Positions 1 through 12,415 of a stretch of DNA of 32,000 nucleotides are shown here, in pieces (position 1 is the first letter of the stretch; each line of letters opens with the position of its first letter). Where the stretch lies: contig NW_008806286.1 in the NCBI RefSeq assembly GCF_000400465.1, positions 173,865 through 205,864 on the forward strand. The letters run 5' to 3'. Both the position numbers and the translations under genes were made by a program. The notes below the pieces were generated by a model that worked only from the letters and a program-made list of their open reading frames with translations, made no database searches and was not told the DNA's origin. This stretch comes from Wallemia ichthyophaga EXF-994 (lineage: Eukaryota; Fungi; Basidiomycota).

Positions 1-3000
1 CTAAGCCAGTAATACAAAGATCCATCTACCAATCCACATACACGATCCCACAGTCACAGCTTCTGAACGCTATAAGCAACCAGAAGTCAAGACAGTCACC
101 AAAGACTATCTCTGAGCTCTTTAAGAGAGTTTCTAGTGCGTTTAATGTTAACGTAGACAGCTCAACGACTTCACAAACTAAGCAAACAACTTTCTTTGTA
201 AAAGGACAGTCGCAGAAGTCTGTTAATGAGGCTATTGCTTATCTTACAAGCACCCTATCAACTAGAATTACTATCACCGTTGAAATTCCAAACTCTTCAA
301 GAGCTCTACTCATTGGTCCAAAAGGTTAGCTTAGAATTGTTGAGGCGCAGGAATACGGTTATTAACACTTTTTAACAGGATCCACCCTTAAATCCATCAC
401 TGACTCCACTAAAACTCGCATTCAAGTTCCTCCAAAACCGGCCTCGGAATCTTTACCAAAGACTTCAAATTCTGAGGATTCTGATCAAGACAGCGAAGAC
501 GACTACTCCATCCCTATCACAATCGAAGGTTTAGAAGATTCTATTCAATTGGCCCAAGAGAAAGTTTACGATATCATTTCTCAAGTCATTAAGTCATACA
601 CCAAGCGTTTCACTTCTATACCTTCTTCATTCTACCCTTTGATTGCTTTAAAATCAGCTCAAATAGAGCAACAATATGCAGTTACTATCACTATTCCCTC
701 ACAAGCTAGATTGCGCGCTATTGCTCATCAAGCTATTGGTGAAGAATCCGATATTAATGAGAATGAACGCATCAAACAATCAGCTATCGTCATTAAGGGT
801 GAAAAGTCTGCTGTAAAGGCTGCTATTCAATCTGTCGAGAGAGTCTACAACGATTGTCAACGTACAACCAAAACCATTTCCATCCCAATTCCCAAGCGTC
901 AACATCGCACTTTGGTTGGTGTTATTGGTGACGAAATTTTAGAAAAGACTCAATGCATTGTCGAATTGCCAGCTGCTGATGATATTTCGGAGACGTGTAC
1001 TATCCGCGGTCCTCAACTGAAATTGCCTGCTGCTTTGCAATTAGTCATGGAAAAAGCTAGTACATTGGCCGTCGAAATTGTTGATTTGCTCTCAGTCCAC
1101 AGAGTCAAGACTGATTTAAACTATGGTGTCAACGTTTTAAGATACCTTCTGCGTGGTGGTAAATTAAACAAAATTGCTGATGCTTATCCAGGTGCAAAGA
1201 TTTATCCTCCAAGATCTGCATATATAGAGAAATCTCAAACTGTCATCATTGATATCGTCAGTTCAGATTCATCAGCTGCTATCAGTGCCAGAGAGCAGGT
1301 TGAGAAGTTGGTATTTACAATCCCACCATCAGCTGTCACGTCAGTAGAGATTGACCATCTCCTTCACCGCCACTTGTTCGGTAAGCAGGCTCGTCAACTC
1401 GAAGACACCAAGAAAATCACTCTTATGTTCCCACATGAATCTGAACAGCACGATGAGGTTGGTTTGATATATACCGGTGCTTCGGAATTAGGATTGGATG
1501 GCAAGGCATTAGACAACAAGATTGGTGAAATTGTTCAACATGGTGTTAACACTGTTCTTGATTTGGCAAAAGCTGCATCAAACATCACCATTCAAATCGT
1601 CAAAGTTGATCCAAAGTTCCACAAATCAATCGTCGGTCCAGGAGGTACGACACTCAATGCCATTATTGGTGAGGATAAATTGGTAGATGTTCAGCTCGGT
1701 ACAAGCAAACCAACAAACCGCAACAACTCAAAGAAGGAGATTAACGAGGATGAAATCTCGGTTCGTGGACAAAAGGAAGAAGTTGATAGGGTTGTTGGGG
1801 AGCTCAACAGAATTGCAGATGAAGCTGAGAACCACCATATCGTTTATGGTCATGAAACTGAAATATCTATTAACAGTCAATACGTGCCACACATTGTCGG
1901 CAAGAACGGATCCTCAATAACAAAGTTGAGAGAATCACTCGGCGTTCAAATTGACATTACCCAGCGTCAACCTAACGATAACTTGAAGAAATCACCACAA
2001 AAGGCTACCATCAAACTTGTCGGACGTAAGGAGAACGTTGAAGAAGCGACGCGTAGATTGAATGGATTGGTTGAACAATTAGCTGATCAAACTGCCGAGA
2101 AATTGACAATTGCTCGTCAATACCACGCATCTCTGATCGGTACAGGTGGTAAATATGCCACGAGATTGGAAGATAAGCATGGTGTCAAGATTACATTCCC
2201 AAAATCATCCAATGAAGAGGAACCTTCCGATATTGTTACTGTCAAGGGTGGCAAGAAGGGTGTTGCACAAGCTAAGGCTGAATTGTTGGAGGCTTTAGAG
2301 TTCGAAAAGGAGAACAACAACACGCTGAACATTTCAATCCCTTCATCATCAATTGCTAGAATAGTTGGTAAAGGTGGACAGCAAATCAATGAGATTAAGG
2401 AGAGCAGTGGCGCTCAAATTGATTTCGACAGATCAACCGAATCTCAACAAAAAGTTACTATCAATTTGAGAGGAACAAAGAAAGCAATCCAAGTTGCTAA
2501 GAGTGATATATTGGCAATCATTGATGAACTTAATGCGCAGCAGATAATTAACATCACCGACATTGATGGCAAGTACCACAAGTCAATCATCGGTCAAGGT
2601 GGATCGAAACTGCGTGAACTAATTGAGAAGGCTGGTGGACCAGCCGACAATCAATCACAGTCAGGAATGGTCCAATTCCCTAAGCCAAACTCAGAATCAC
2701 AGACTATCGTAATCAAGGCAGAGAAGAGTTTAGCTGGAGCAATTGAGACTGAGATTAGAGGATTCGTTGCTGACTTGAGTGACAGAAAAACATACGTTAT
2801 ATCAATTCCAACCGCCTTGCATGGTGACTTGATTGGCAGAGGTGGAACAAAGCTGATGGCCATGCAAAGGGAATACAATGTTAGCATACATTTCCCAGGT
2901 TCTCGTGACTATAACAACATGGATGCACCAGTAAACGTCGATGAGTTGGCTGCAGTCGATCCAGCTACTATTGTCAAGGTCACTGGCAAGACTACATGTG

Positions 3001-3701
3001 TCGAGGCAGCGATTGAGGACTTGAAGAAGAAATCGACTGTCGTTAGCAAGACTATTAATGTTCCAAACAAGCATTATCATAGCATGAGTGAAAATGGACG
3101 TTTCTTCCGCGGTCTTAGATCATACGGTGTGACGGTAGATGTATCAAGCCCACCAGCCAAGACGAATAGCAGTGGATTGCCAGAGCCATCCGATCTCACA
3201 CCACCAGAGCCAGTTTCTAGAGTTGACGTTGACGAGGAGGACGAGATAGCTCATAAATGGGAATCGTATGAATTGCAAAGTGGAGATGATGACTCGCAGT
3301 CTGAATGGAAGAGTGGGTTGGAAAGTGCGAGTGCAAAGATATACTGACACCCCCGACAGTCAATGGTAAAGACGACCAGTCAGTCAATAGGGCTGTCAAG
3401 GCAATAGAGAATGCTTTGGATAGGGTCAAGAGATCTGAATACATCGGATACCTTGTTTTACAGAACAGATCAACTTTCCCCAGAATTGTTGGGAGCAAGG
3501 GATCAGGGATTGAGCGTATCAAGAATGATAGTGGTGTCCAGTCGCTGACAGTGTCCAAGTCTGAACTACCATTAATCACATTCATTGGTAAGTGTTTTGA
3601 GGTTTGCTAGCGCACGTCTAACTTGCACGACAGGTTCAAAAGATGCTATTGAATATGCAAAAGAGTCGGTGCTGAACATCCGACCAGGAAACTCATACTA
3701 G
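1..3701 (+). CDS. SCP160: Scp160/vigilin-like multi-KH-domain RNA-binding protein, 5' truncated by the window edge
   Basis: Many KH GxxG motifs (IGPKGST after splicing, VGPGGTT, VGKNGSS, IGTGGKY, VGKGGQQ, IGQGGSK, IGRGGTK, VGSKGSG). The frame is open from base 3. GT-AG introns at 325-378, 3313-3359 and 3588-3633 join the ORF pieces, ending at TAG 3699-3701. Confidence 0.92.
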
Positions 3702-3776
3702 ACATATAATTGTTTTTTAATCTTCTACTGAATGCATATAATTAGGTTTACATGGGTATCTCCTGTAGTAATGTGG

Positions 3777-4750
3777 CTATCGCTGATCCAAATGAGCGAA
3801 AGTTTGAGCAAGGGTGACACTATCGACGATGTGCATGGTAGAAGTATCCAAAGATGACTCTTTGATTCTATCCAGCGTCTGCTTGCACCTCTTGAACGCT
3901 CTAACCTTGGCCTCCTTCTGATAAGCTGCGACTAGTCCGCTGGTAGAGGGGAGGGTAAAGAAAAGGGATTCATTGTTATCGTCGTGGACTATCTTAAAAT
4001 TCTGCAAGAGAAATCCAGCCGTATGATCGCAGTCACCTGATTTTTCCACTATGTTAACTTTTTTATCCTTATTATCAAGTCTATAGTCGTAATTGAACGA
4101 ATTGGACTTGAAGACAAAGTGTACATCGTCCCAGATAGATTTTCCAACGAGTGCGACTAATTTAGGTTTGTATTTGTGCACCTTCCAACACAACTCAGGC
4201 ACCATAGCTCTGCTCTCTGCCTTTGATAGCTGAGATTGAGTGACAGTGGGGCGGTGATTGAGGTTCGTGATGCTGTAATTGAGTACTGGGAGGGTGTAAT
4301 CCTGCTGTGGACGAAGTTTGGTTGGTGTAAGGCCTGTTTTGGGTATGCTTAGACTGATATTGTTCAAGCAGGTTGAAACGCACCAGATTCATACAAGCAA
4401 CTATAAAATGAGTTGGATGGGTGTGCGAAATGGTGCCCAAGCGTCGCTGATGTCCTGCCTGGGTTTATACCGACCAGCATCAAATCGCACCCTTCTGTCA
4501 TGTAATCAGGCACGCCTGTGAGTTGAGCGAATGATTCCGGTGGCTCGTAGGTATATTTCCTCTTTTTAGATTTGTTGGGTGTGTCTATTCCTGTGTCTGT
4601 GTCCGTATTCGATCTACTAAGCTGTGGCGTCGTGGAGGTGGATGGAGTAGTTGAACTTCTCCTGAGTGGAGTGTATTTACTAGTATAATCGCTAGAATTC
4701 CCTTTACTATACGCAAACCTCGATAAATCGAATGTCTTTGATGATGACAT
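3777..4750 (-). CDS. TDG: Mismatch-specific uracil/thymine DNA glycosylase (TDG/MUG family, Thp1-like)
   Basis: Family-2 UDG motif LVGINPG followed by GHHFAHPSNSFY, then TNL.RPT and the C-terminal motif LPSTSGL. One intron at 4334-4383 (GTGCGT...CTAAG...CAG) joins ORFs 4364-4750 and 3777-4367 in frame. Confidence 0.9.
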
Positions 4751-4781
4751 GATGGCTATCTATAACGTTATACAAATCCCT

Positions 4782-5835
4782 TCAAATCTCCTCCACTAAT
4801 GCGCAAAGTCTATCAAAATCAAAGTCAGATTGGTTAAAGTGGAAGTTATGTAACAGCTTAGCTCTATCCTTGCTACTGTTATCGGTGAATTTGTGAGCGT
4901 TGTAGAAACGCTGCATGGTGAGAATCAGCAGTTGGGCATCTTTACTGTCTAGTACAGCCAACGCCTTATCATCTGCTTGCACTGCTGTCACCTCACCTCT
5001 CATCAGGACGGCGTCATGGGATTTTGCAAGATCAGTGTAGTGCGTGCAACTGACGAATGGCTGAGCGAATGCTTGTCTCTGTTTATACTCATTGAGGCTG
5101 GTGAAAATAAGTGTGCTCGGACGCGTACCACTTCCCAATGTATCTGGAAGGAATCCCCATTCGAGATAGAACACCTCATAGCCCGTCTTGTCTTCCTGCT
5201 TATCGCCCTTAACTTCACGTGGAATTGGTATAACGAATGCTGGATACTTTCTCGCCTGAGTGTACAACCCCTCGTAAGTATCTTTAGGGATTGTAGCACT
5301 GAGATAATTGTCCTTTGAAGAGTGGTGGGCATTCCACAGCTTTGAAATGTGGTCCAATGGTAGCTCAGCCATCTTGCCAACATTTATTATGCTGTCTAGT
5401 GGCTTAACGCCTGTACCGTCACCCTCTTTGCGCCCTTCAACTTTATCAACTGAGCCGACAAAATATTCGTCTTTGCCCGTATCTACTTTTAGCTGATCTG
5501 GGTTCGGTGTCACTGCGGCTGCTTTTGGATGCTTTTCTTTCATTGTCTCTGTCGCGTCTGGCTTCTCTTCTTCTACCGCTGCTGCTCCCGGTGCAAGCTT
5601 CTTCTTGAGCTCTTCAAGCGATTCAACGCCTTCTCTGAGAATTGTTTAGCTGGTGGATTTAGCGGATATAACAAACTCACTGCCTCAGTCGCTGTGACAG
5701 CTTATCCGCATACTTGAGATCATATTTGGCCTTGTTTTCATGTCCATCTCTTTCTAGCACTCTGAATGAATGAGTAAATGACCTCGTTTGTACAGGCAGG
5801 CGTGTAACCCGCGATATTTGCAGTCTTCTCAGCAT
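4782..5835 (-). CDS. ATP11: Mitochondrial F1-ATPase assembly chaperone Atp11 (ATPAF1)
   Basis: Arg-rich presequence-like N-terminus MLRRLQISRVTRLPVQTRSF from ATG 5835, with an intron at 5635-5680. Atp11-like segments: KPLDSIINV, LWNAHH, LSATIP, YPAFVIPIPR, FTSLNEYK, THYTDLAKSHDAVLMRGEV, MQRFY. Confidence 0.88.
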
Positions 5836-5931
5836 GATAGTGATTGTCAAAAGACCAAAGGTAATCGAATAAAGTTTATATAAATATAATTATAATACAT
5901 ATTTGTTTAATGTATATTCATCGTCGTCCTC

Positions 5932-7611
5932 TTAGCGTCTTGTCAAAACGAAACATCCCTGAAAGTTTGGTTACTTGAGGCGAGTTGACATAGCAAACAC
6001 AATACACACTTCATATCCGCTTAGCACTTCAGCTTTATGCTTTGTTAGATGTGATATACCTCGCTCTTCACCACTCACGCGTATAGGTATCGCGCCATCG
6101 ACCAACCAATACTCCACCTGGTAGACTGTATCCTCTATAGAACCACTTACCACGTCCATCAGGCTGCGTAGGTGGATTAGTTGGAGTGAGTTTCCTCTCA
6201 TTACTATTCACCCACCGTATACTCCTTGCCTAATCTCACTCATCAGCTTCCACTTTTTCTCAACTTGCACCCAAATCTCCACTTACATAACATAAACATC
6301 CCATCCCATGCTCTCACCTTCCCACGTAGCTTAAAGCGTCCCCAGGCGGAGTGTCCCTATGTGTACTCCGTGAGTATGTAAACTTACACCTTTATTTCCA
6401 ACCCACCAAACCATTCAAGTGAATCTCTTTGCCGTCGTCGATGGTTTCTGGTTGTATTAGCAGTTCGTTCTTTGTATTACTCCTGGTACTCCTGGTATCG
6501 TCACTTCTTTTTATAGAGAGATGCTGATCGTCATGACCGCCGCAGATATCTTGTAGAGTTGACAATGAAGAGGGTTTCCTGTAGTCTTCCAATGTCTCAT
6601 TTAGCCTCCACACTTGAGGTTGAATGGCGTGCACTCCATTGTATAGCGTGTCGATTGAGCCTGCTAGTATGTCTCGGTAATCGTCAAACTCATAATAACA
6701 GAAGAATCCTTCCCATGCACCTTGAAAGTGATTCTGGAATAGACTGGCGTGACAACCTGGTGAGCTGGACGGGTTTGTACACTGAGACAACCGAATAAAT
6801 TCACTATCAAAGTCATAGCTCTTGAGATTTGGTTTTGGTAGATCATTCTTAAACTTGTATAGAGTGAGAAATGCAGCGTGAGAAGAAATTGGAGGTATCA
6901 GTTCAAGTTTAGATCCAAAATAATTTAAAGTGATTGATTGACTGTTTAATGACATATCAGTCAGGAATGGATCGTCAATTTGCGAGTCAAATTCAGCTGA
7001 AGGGAGAGTTGAGTATGGCCATGGAGCGTAGAACGAATCGTAAAGATGAGCAGCGAATAAGAATGGTTTATATGGTGTTATAGAAGATGGTTTATCATTA
7101 ATCAAGTAATCCAACCAAAGGATGAGTGAGTTGACGTGCTTGTTGATGCTAGGGAAAGAGTCTGAATGTATAAACATACTTGTATACTCCGATATCACAT
7201 TGTTATACTGAATATTGATCAAATCAGACTCAATAACGATGAGATAGAGTCTGAGGAGGTCCGTAATGAGATAATCATCATCGTAAACCCCATCTACACG
7301 CCTCCAAAAGAATCTTTTCAGCGCAATGCACCGCTCTTTCAATTCGCGTGATATACCCGATGCAGTGATGTGAAATCTTCTTTTCGGGGCGTTTAAATCG
7401 AAATAGATTGGGAATAAAGATGAATATAAGTTTTTATTGTAATGAAAGTTGAATTGGCTGTTGAATTGTTTTGAAGTTTGCAATACAGATACAATATCGC
7501 TCAAGGGAGTGAATTGTAAGCTGAAATTGAAGTGTTACCCGTGAGTAGACCTTTTAAAAACACCGCTTACACCCTCTCTAAGCATTCAACGGGTAAATGT
7601 TCAAATTTCAT
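5932..7611 (-). CDS. F-box protein with an uncharacterised fungal C-terminal domain
   Basis: Splicing intron 7521-7570 gives an F-box-like start, MKFEHLPVECLERVLQFTPLSDIVSVLQTSKQF. Five more introns (6357-6406, 6230-6286, 6164-6215, 6033-6078, 5959-6009) give the open C-terminus GHSAWGRFKLRGKVRAWDGMFMLCKEYTPDGRGKWFYRGYSLPGGVLVGRWRDTYTPEVLSGYEGCFVLTRR*. Confidence 0.75.
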
Positions 7612-7710
7612 ACGCAGAAACCAGAAAGCCAACGACGTCACTAAATCAAGCCAATATACAGCCTAAGCCATCGCCTAAACACAGGCTTAATTATATTTTG
7701 ATTACAAAAA

Positions 7711-8284
7711 TTATTTGAGTGCAGCTTCCAACTCGCTGTAGACTTCTAACTCAATTTCGGCCTCTGCCTTTTCAGCGTCGCTGGCAGATGAAGATGACTT
7801 TCTGGCGTCTGCGATGGATTGTTGAAGGGCCTGAGAAGCGTCTTAGTGGGAGAATACACCTACATACATACTCACGCTCTTGTCGAATGCACTCAAATCG
7901 TACGCTTCAACTGCGTTAATGGTGAGTGTGTTGTTTGGGTGGACACTGGCGAATCCAGAGGAGACTGAAATATGAAAATTAGCTCAGTACACGTATAAGA
8001 ATACCCTCCCCACTGAAATACTTGGTGGATTGTCCAGCGCTCTCAATAACCTCTACAACGCCCGCTTTCAATGCTTCAACGGATGGAACGTGGTGCGAGA
8101 GAATTCCCATTTCACCAGTCTGCGCAGGTACACTGACTTGTAAAACTTCTTTATCTTGGAAGATTGTTTGGTGTGGTAATGCGAATTGCAATCTCAGCTT
8201 ATCTGCTGCACCTGCCTCTGAAGCATACGAACGAGCTGAGATGCGTGGTATTTGTACGGCTTGCTTAATTGCTCTGCTGAACAT
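7711..8284 (-). CDS. ATP16: Mitochondrial ATP synthase F1 delta subunit
   Basis: Presequence, then KLRLQFALPHQTI...VSVPAQTGEMGILSHHVPSVEAL, and after splicing SSGFASVHPNNTLTINAVEAY. Introns at 7965-8013 and 7831-7875; TAA at 7711-7713. Confidence 0.95.
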
Positions 8285-8499
8285 TTCCCTTGAAATTTAC
8301 TTGGTTGGAGCTGAACAGGAGGCGGCGGCGGCGTCGGTGGTAGTGAATATCCGCGAGGTTACTTTATTTATTTAAAATTTAAAACGCAGTACAAATACAA
8401 CTTATGTTTTTATTTTATTCTTTTTTTTTTGCACATCTGTACACCTAGTACACCAATTGATGGTGTCTAAGCAGTGTATACACAATATACGATACCTAT

Positions 8500-11400
8500 T
8501 TACATGCCAAATAAAGACGCTATCATGTACGATGCACATCCCAAAAACTTGATTCCCTATGATCCATATCAGTATCCGTTTCTCCCAAAAACAATCCACT
8601 TACACTCGTTATAGCCACAAACGCCAATATCGTTAACATATACGCTTGCACCTTCTTATTCTCATTGTTCCCAAATGCTCCATTTCCTCCTGTACCCACA
8701 AGCACTAATATTATAAGTGCCCCATTGCATAATATCCAACATAGCAGCACGTTGCTTCTAAACGACGCAAGATAATCTGCTGCCTGTCTCTCCTTATCTG
8801 CTGAACTTGGTGGCGGTGTCGGTACTGGCATCTTTGTACGAAGTTTATGTAACGCTTCTGCGTACTGTCCGTCTAAATCCGGTTTGTTGTCATACATCTC
8901 CACCTCCACTGTACCATCCTTCGATGTCTTGAACTTGCCTGTATTCTTCTCTGGTTCTGTCTCTCCTTTTGTTCCCCAAGTCAAGTCATGTAGATTTGAA
9001 AATGCAAATGTAGTAAGCACGTTGATATAACTTGCTGCAAGAAGTAGATACTGTGGGAAACTCGTAAACAAATGCCATGGGTCGAGCGATATTAGACTAG
9101 CTGCAACCCATAATCCATATGTCGCAATTAACGAGATCAACATCTGCGCATACATGGAGTTATGCTCCGACTGCTGTGCTACATGTACAGTACAGATAAT
9201 TGCAGCTACTATCATGTATATTGACAGCATTGCGAACACGCAAATCACTGTCGTATATTTGAGACTCGCGCCTGCCGGTCTATTACCCATACTGAATGTG
9301 AAACATGCAATTATCATCGCTCCATAAACGGCCTGAGCTACGACATTGAAGTATTTGATATCCGGTACACCGAATGCTGGGTCTTCGAGTGCTCGAGTGA
9401 GGACAACGAAGAAACAGTAGAAATTACCGAGAGCGAACCAACTGAAGAATAAATTGATTGCAGCGTAGAATGTCTCAACTAATAACCACGCTTTGCGCGG
9501 TTTGGAATGCCCACTATTTAAAATCTGTTTCGTGTGTGTAAGAGCGTATATCGCTGCAAAGAACGACCCATTCAGCCAACGTCTTCTTTGACTTATCAGC
9601 TCAGGTACTCGGTCAGGTACATCCGTCACTCCAACTGCTGATTTAACATATTTCAATATCCACGCTTCTTTCCGTTTCGCGCATAACTCGAAACAGAGTA
9701 TGCGATCCTCTGCCAACATCATATTACGCGTAAACACACTCTCGTCCTCCGACATGTGAATCGTTTCGCCCTTAAAGTAAGAATGCAGCGGTCCGAGTCC
9801 TAAGTGATCGTCGTCCTTCAGCGCTACGTATCTGTAAGCTGAGAATGCACCGGGCAGGACCGAAATGTAACCTGAACATGTGAGATAGGTAGCAGGCGCA
9901 ATTAAATATTTCCCCACCAAATATAGACTCTGTAGGCTTGTCGAGGATGTTTGACATCTTGTATTCGAAGCTTTATTTTGAGTGAGCTTGCACCGAAATG
10001 ATCAAGAGTCACTCACTTCTGAGACGCGACTATCGGGTTGAGCAGGGCAGAGCCATGTTTGCCAGTATCCGCACGTATCTCACCACATGCTCCTCCAACG
10101 TTGCTGTTCTTGTCGAAGGCTTTCCACAGATGATAAATAGATTTGGGATGTGGGCGTGTACCGACATCGAGCAGAACACAAATGTTGGGCTTTGATGGTG
10201 GTGAGTTTGCTGTATAGCCAAGAAATACCCAAACGCACCTGCAAAATAGGGCAGATAGCATTAAAGAACCATCTGTGCGAGTTGATCTTCTTAGCATTCT
10301 TCTCCTTGAGACAGAAAATAATCTAAAGTTGCTCACGTCAGCAGAGTATTTGAATAACGGCCAGACCAACCTGTGTCGGTACTATGCGTTTCTCTGGCCC
10401 TTTGAATTTCAAATCGGGACCAAGAGCGAGAGATGTAGTATATTCAAACAAATGTGCTTCAACGCCCTGATCGTTGACAGCACCCTTCGCCACGCCTTCC
10501 TGATAGACACCTAAACTAGCAAGACAGTCGAGGACACGCGGATGGACTTTGGTTCTACCATCAGCGACAATAACTACGACTACCTTGGTCCAAGCATCTG
10601 CGCCCCAATTGTTACTGTTCTTCCTACTGCACAGGTGACTAATATTCTTCATGACGCCGTACAGCGTGCGACAAAACAGCACCTCGTCCTCGTTATACAT
10701 GGTTATGCAAATAGCCAGTTCAGTTCTGCGATTATGCAGTGCCTGGCGGAGAGTAAAGTTATTGCGCTCAAAGTGATCCGGGTCGCATGTAACTGCCGTA
10801 TAGCGCACTTTGGACATATCATCCAAATCGCGCCGCATGATCACCTTATCGAGTGTGGATGGGATAGGAAGATCGACAACAAGGTTACCATCCGTAAGCG
10901 CAATCTTCTTCTTAGTCTTTCCGCGACGGCGTATGCGTTCTTCTGGAGGTGCACCATAGTGCGATGTGTCCATGTCGGGAGTGAGCATAGTGATGGCAGG
11001 CGCGGGCGACGTAATGTTTTCTTTCTTACTGTAAAGCCCCTCATAGCTGTCGTCGTCTGCTGGACTGGGCGAGCGCGATTGGTAGCTCAGCCCGTCACCT
11101 TGTTTTTCTATGTCGCTGTAAGAGAGGGGATGAGCTTGTGGGAGCGATACAGGCACCGGTGTTATGCTCTGCTGCTGTATGTATGGCGTGCGTTGATAAT
11201 CCGTTGATGGGTCGAAAGATTGCGAGGTGCCCGTATAAGACGGTGCAGAAGTTTGGAAAGAGGGTTGGGGGTGAGTAAATATTGGTGTGTGCTCATCACT
11301 CGCACTCTGGTAATGCTGGTGGCCGACGTAGTGTGTCGCAGGTGTTTGTTGAAATGATAGGGGTGTACTCGTGGGATTTGAAGTGGGTGACGCGTATTCC

Positions 11401-11570
11401 CGCTCATCCTCAAAGGGATTACTGGCCCTGTGCTCGCTATACTCAACTTGCTCTTCGAGGTGCTGGGCTACCGCGTTGTCATCCGCGTTGTCGTCCGCGT
11501 CTTCTTGCTCCTGGAGTGGACTGTGCGCGTGAATTGGGATTGGCTTTACTTTGAAAGGATTGAAAGGCAT
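8500..11570 (-). CDS. Chitin synthase, division 1 (class I-III type, GT2)
   Basis: Motifs [38 protein letters not shown] (after splicing), [38 protein letters not shown] and QRRRWLNGS, followed by transmembrane helices. Introns at 10323-10370, 10190-10238, 9971-10016, 9872-9917 and 8557-8603. The class was not resolved. Confidence 0.95.
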
Positions 11571-11584
11571 TCTGTGCGTGTTTT

Positions 11585-11738
11585 ACGCGCGTTTTTCTAT
11601 TTCTCGATTCAGTCGGCGTGAAGGAAGATCGGTTACGCGAGTCACTCCGGTTTAATGAAACAAAGTAAAACTTTTTAAAAAGCACAAGCGCAATAATTAC
11701 AGCTTTTTTATTTAAAGCGTGATACAAAAAGCGTGATA
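11585..11738. promoter_or_regulatory. Candidate cis-elements upstream of chitin synthase (MCB-like CGCG boxes and a duplicated 11-mer)
   Basis: ACGCGCGT at 11585-11592, ACGCGA at 11635-11640, and AAAGCGTGATA twice (11714-11724, 11728-11738). Function is inferred only. Confidence 0.3.
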
Positions 11739-12415
11739 TGCTGTGCATGAACGATCCTGGTCTGCTTTTGTGCAAATAAAGGTAGCGAACAGAGTCTCCC
11801 TTGAATCATACTTTGAGCTTGCTCCTTTAATTCCTCCCCTTTCCTCATTGTAAGCTTCAGATCATTAACTGGTCTATCATGCTATGTGCAGGGCGATTGG
11901 AGACGCAGCGACGCTCCTTCCCTTGGTTATACGCAGCTTCAAATGCTGGTGGCGTTTGCACGCAATGCTATAGAAGTTATAAACAAACCAATGTTTCATC
12001 TGGAACAGTCTCTTTCTCCGCTGTATTTCTAGCGTCAAAGATAAGACAACTTGCGACTCCATTGCCAACATTTTCACAACAGTTTCTAATTCAATCCCTT
12101 ATGTATGCCAATTATACTCAATTCTCGCTATTATAGGCCTTATACGATGTAATTCAGCATTTCCCATGTCCTGTGGTCTCAAAGAGAGCCAGGACGTGTA
12201 AATCAAAAAATTATAAGCTCTTACAGATTAGACGGGTTAAAATGACTTGTTCAAACTTGTTTGCTCTTCAGTGGCCCATATCGATTAGCTAGTTCCGACT
12301 TTCAACTAGCCGATGAGGCAGTCGCTGGTATCTTTTCCGCTTTTAAAAACATCAGCTTCCTATTTAAAATAGAAGCTTTCCAATAAAACCTCTTTCACAG
12401 ACCTTCCTCCTTTGT

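Noticed and set aside
11877-12167. A spliced ~70 aa minus-strand gene model (MGNAELHRIR...)
   Set aside because: It needs a 32-nt intron with a weak donor and no branch site, outside the 43-57 nt range seen elsewhere, and the product is unrecognisable.
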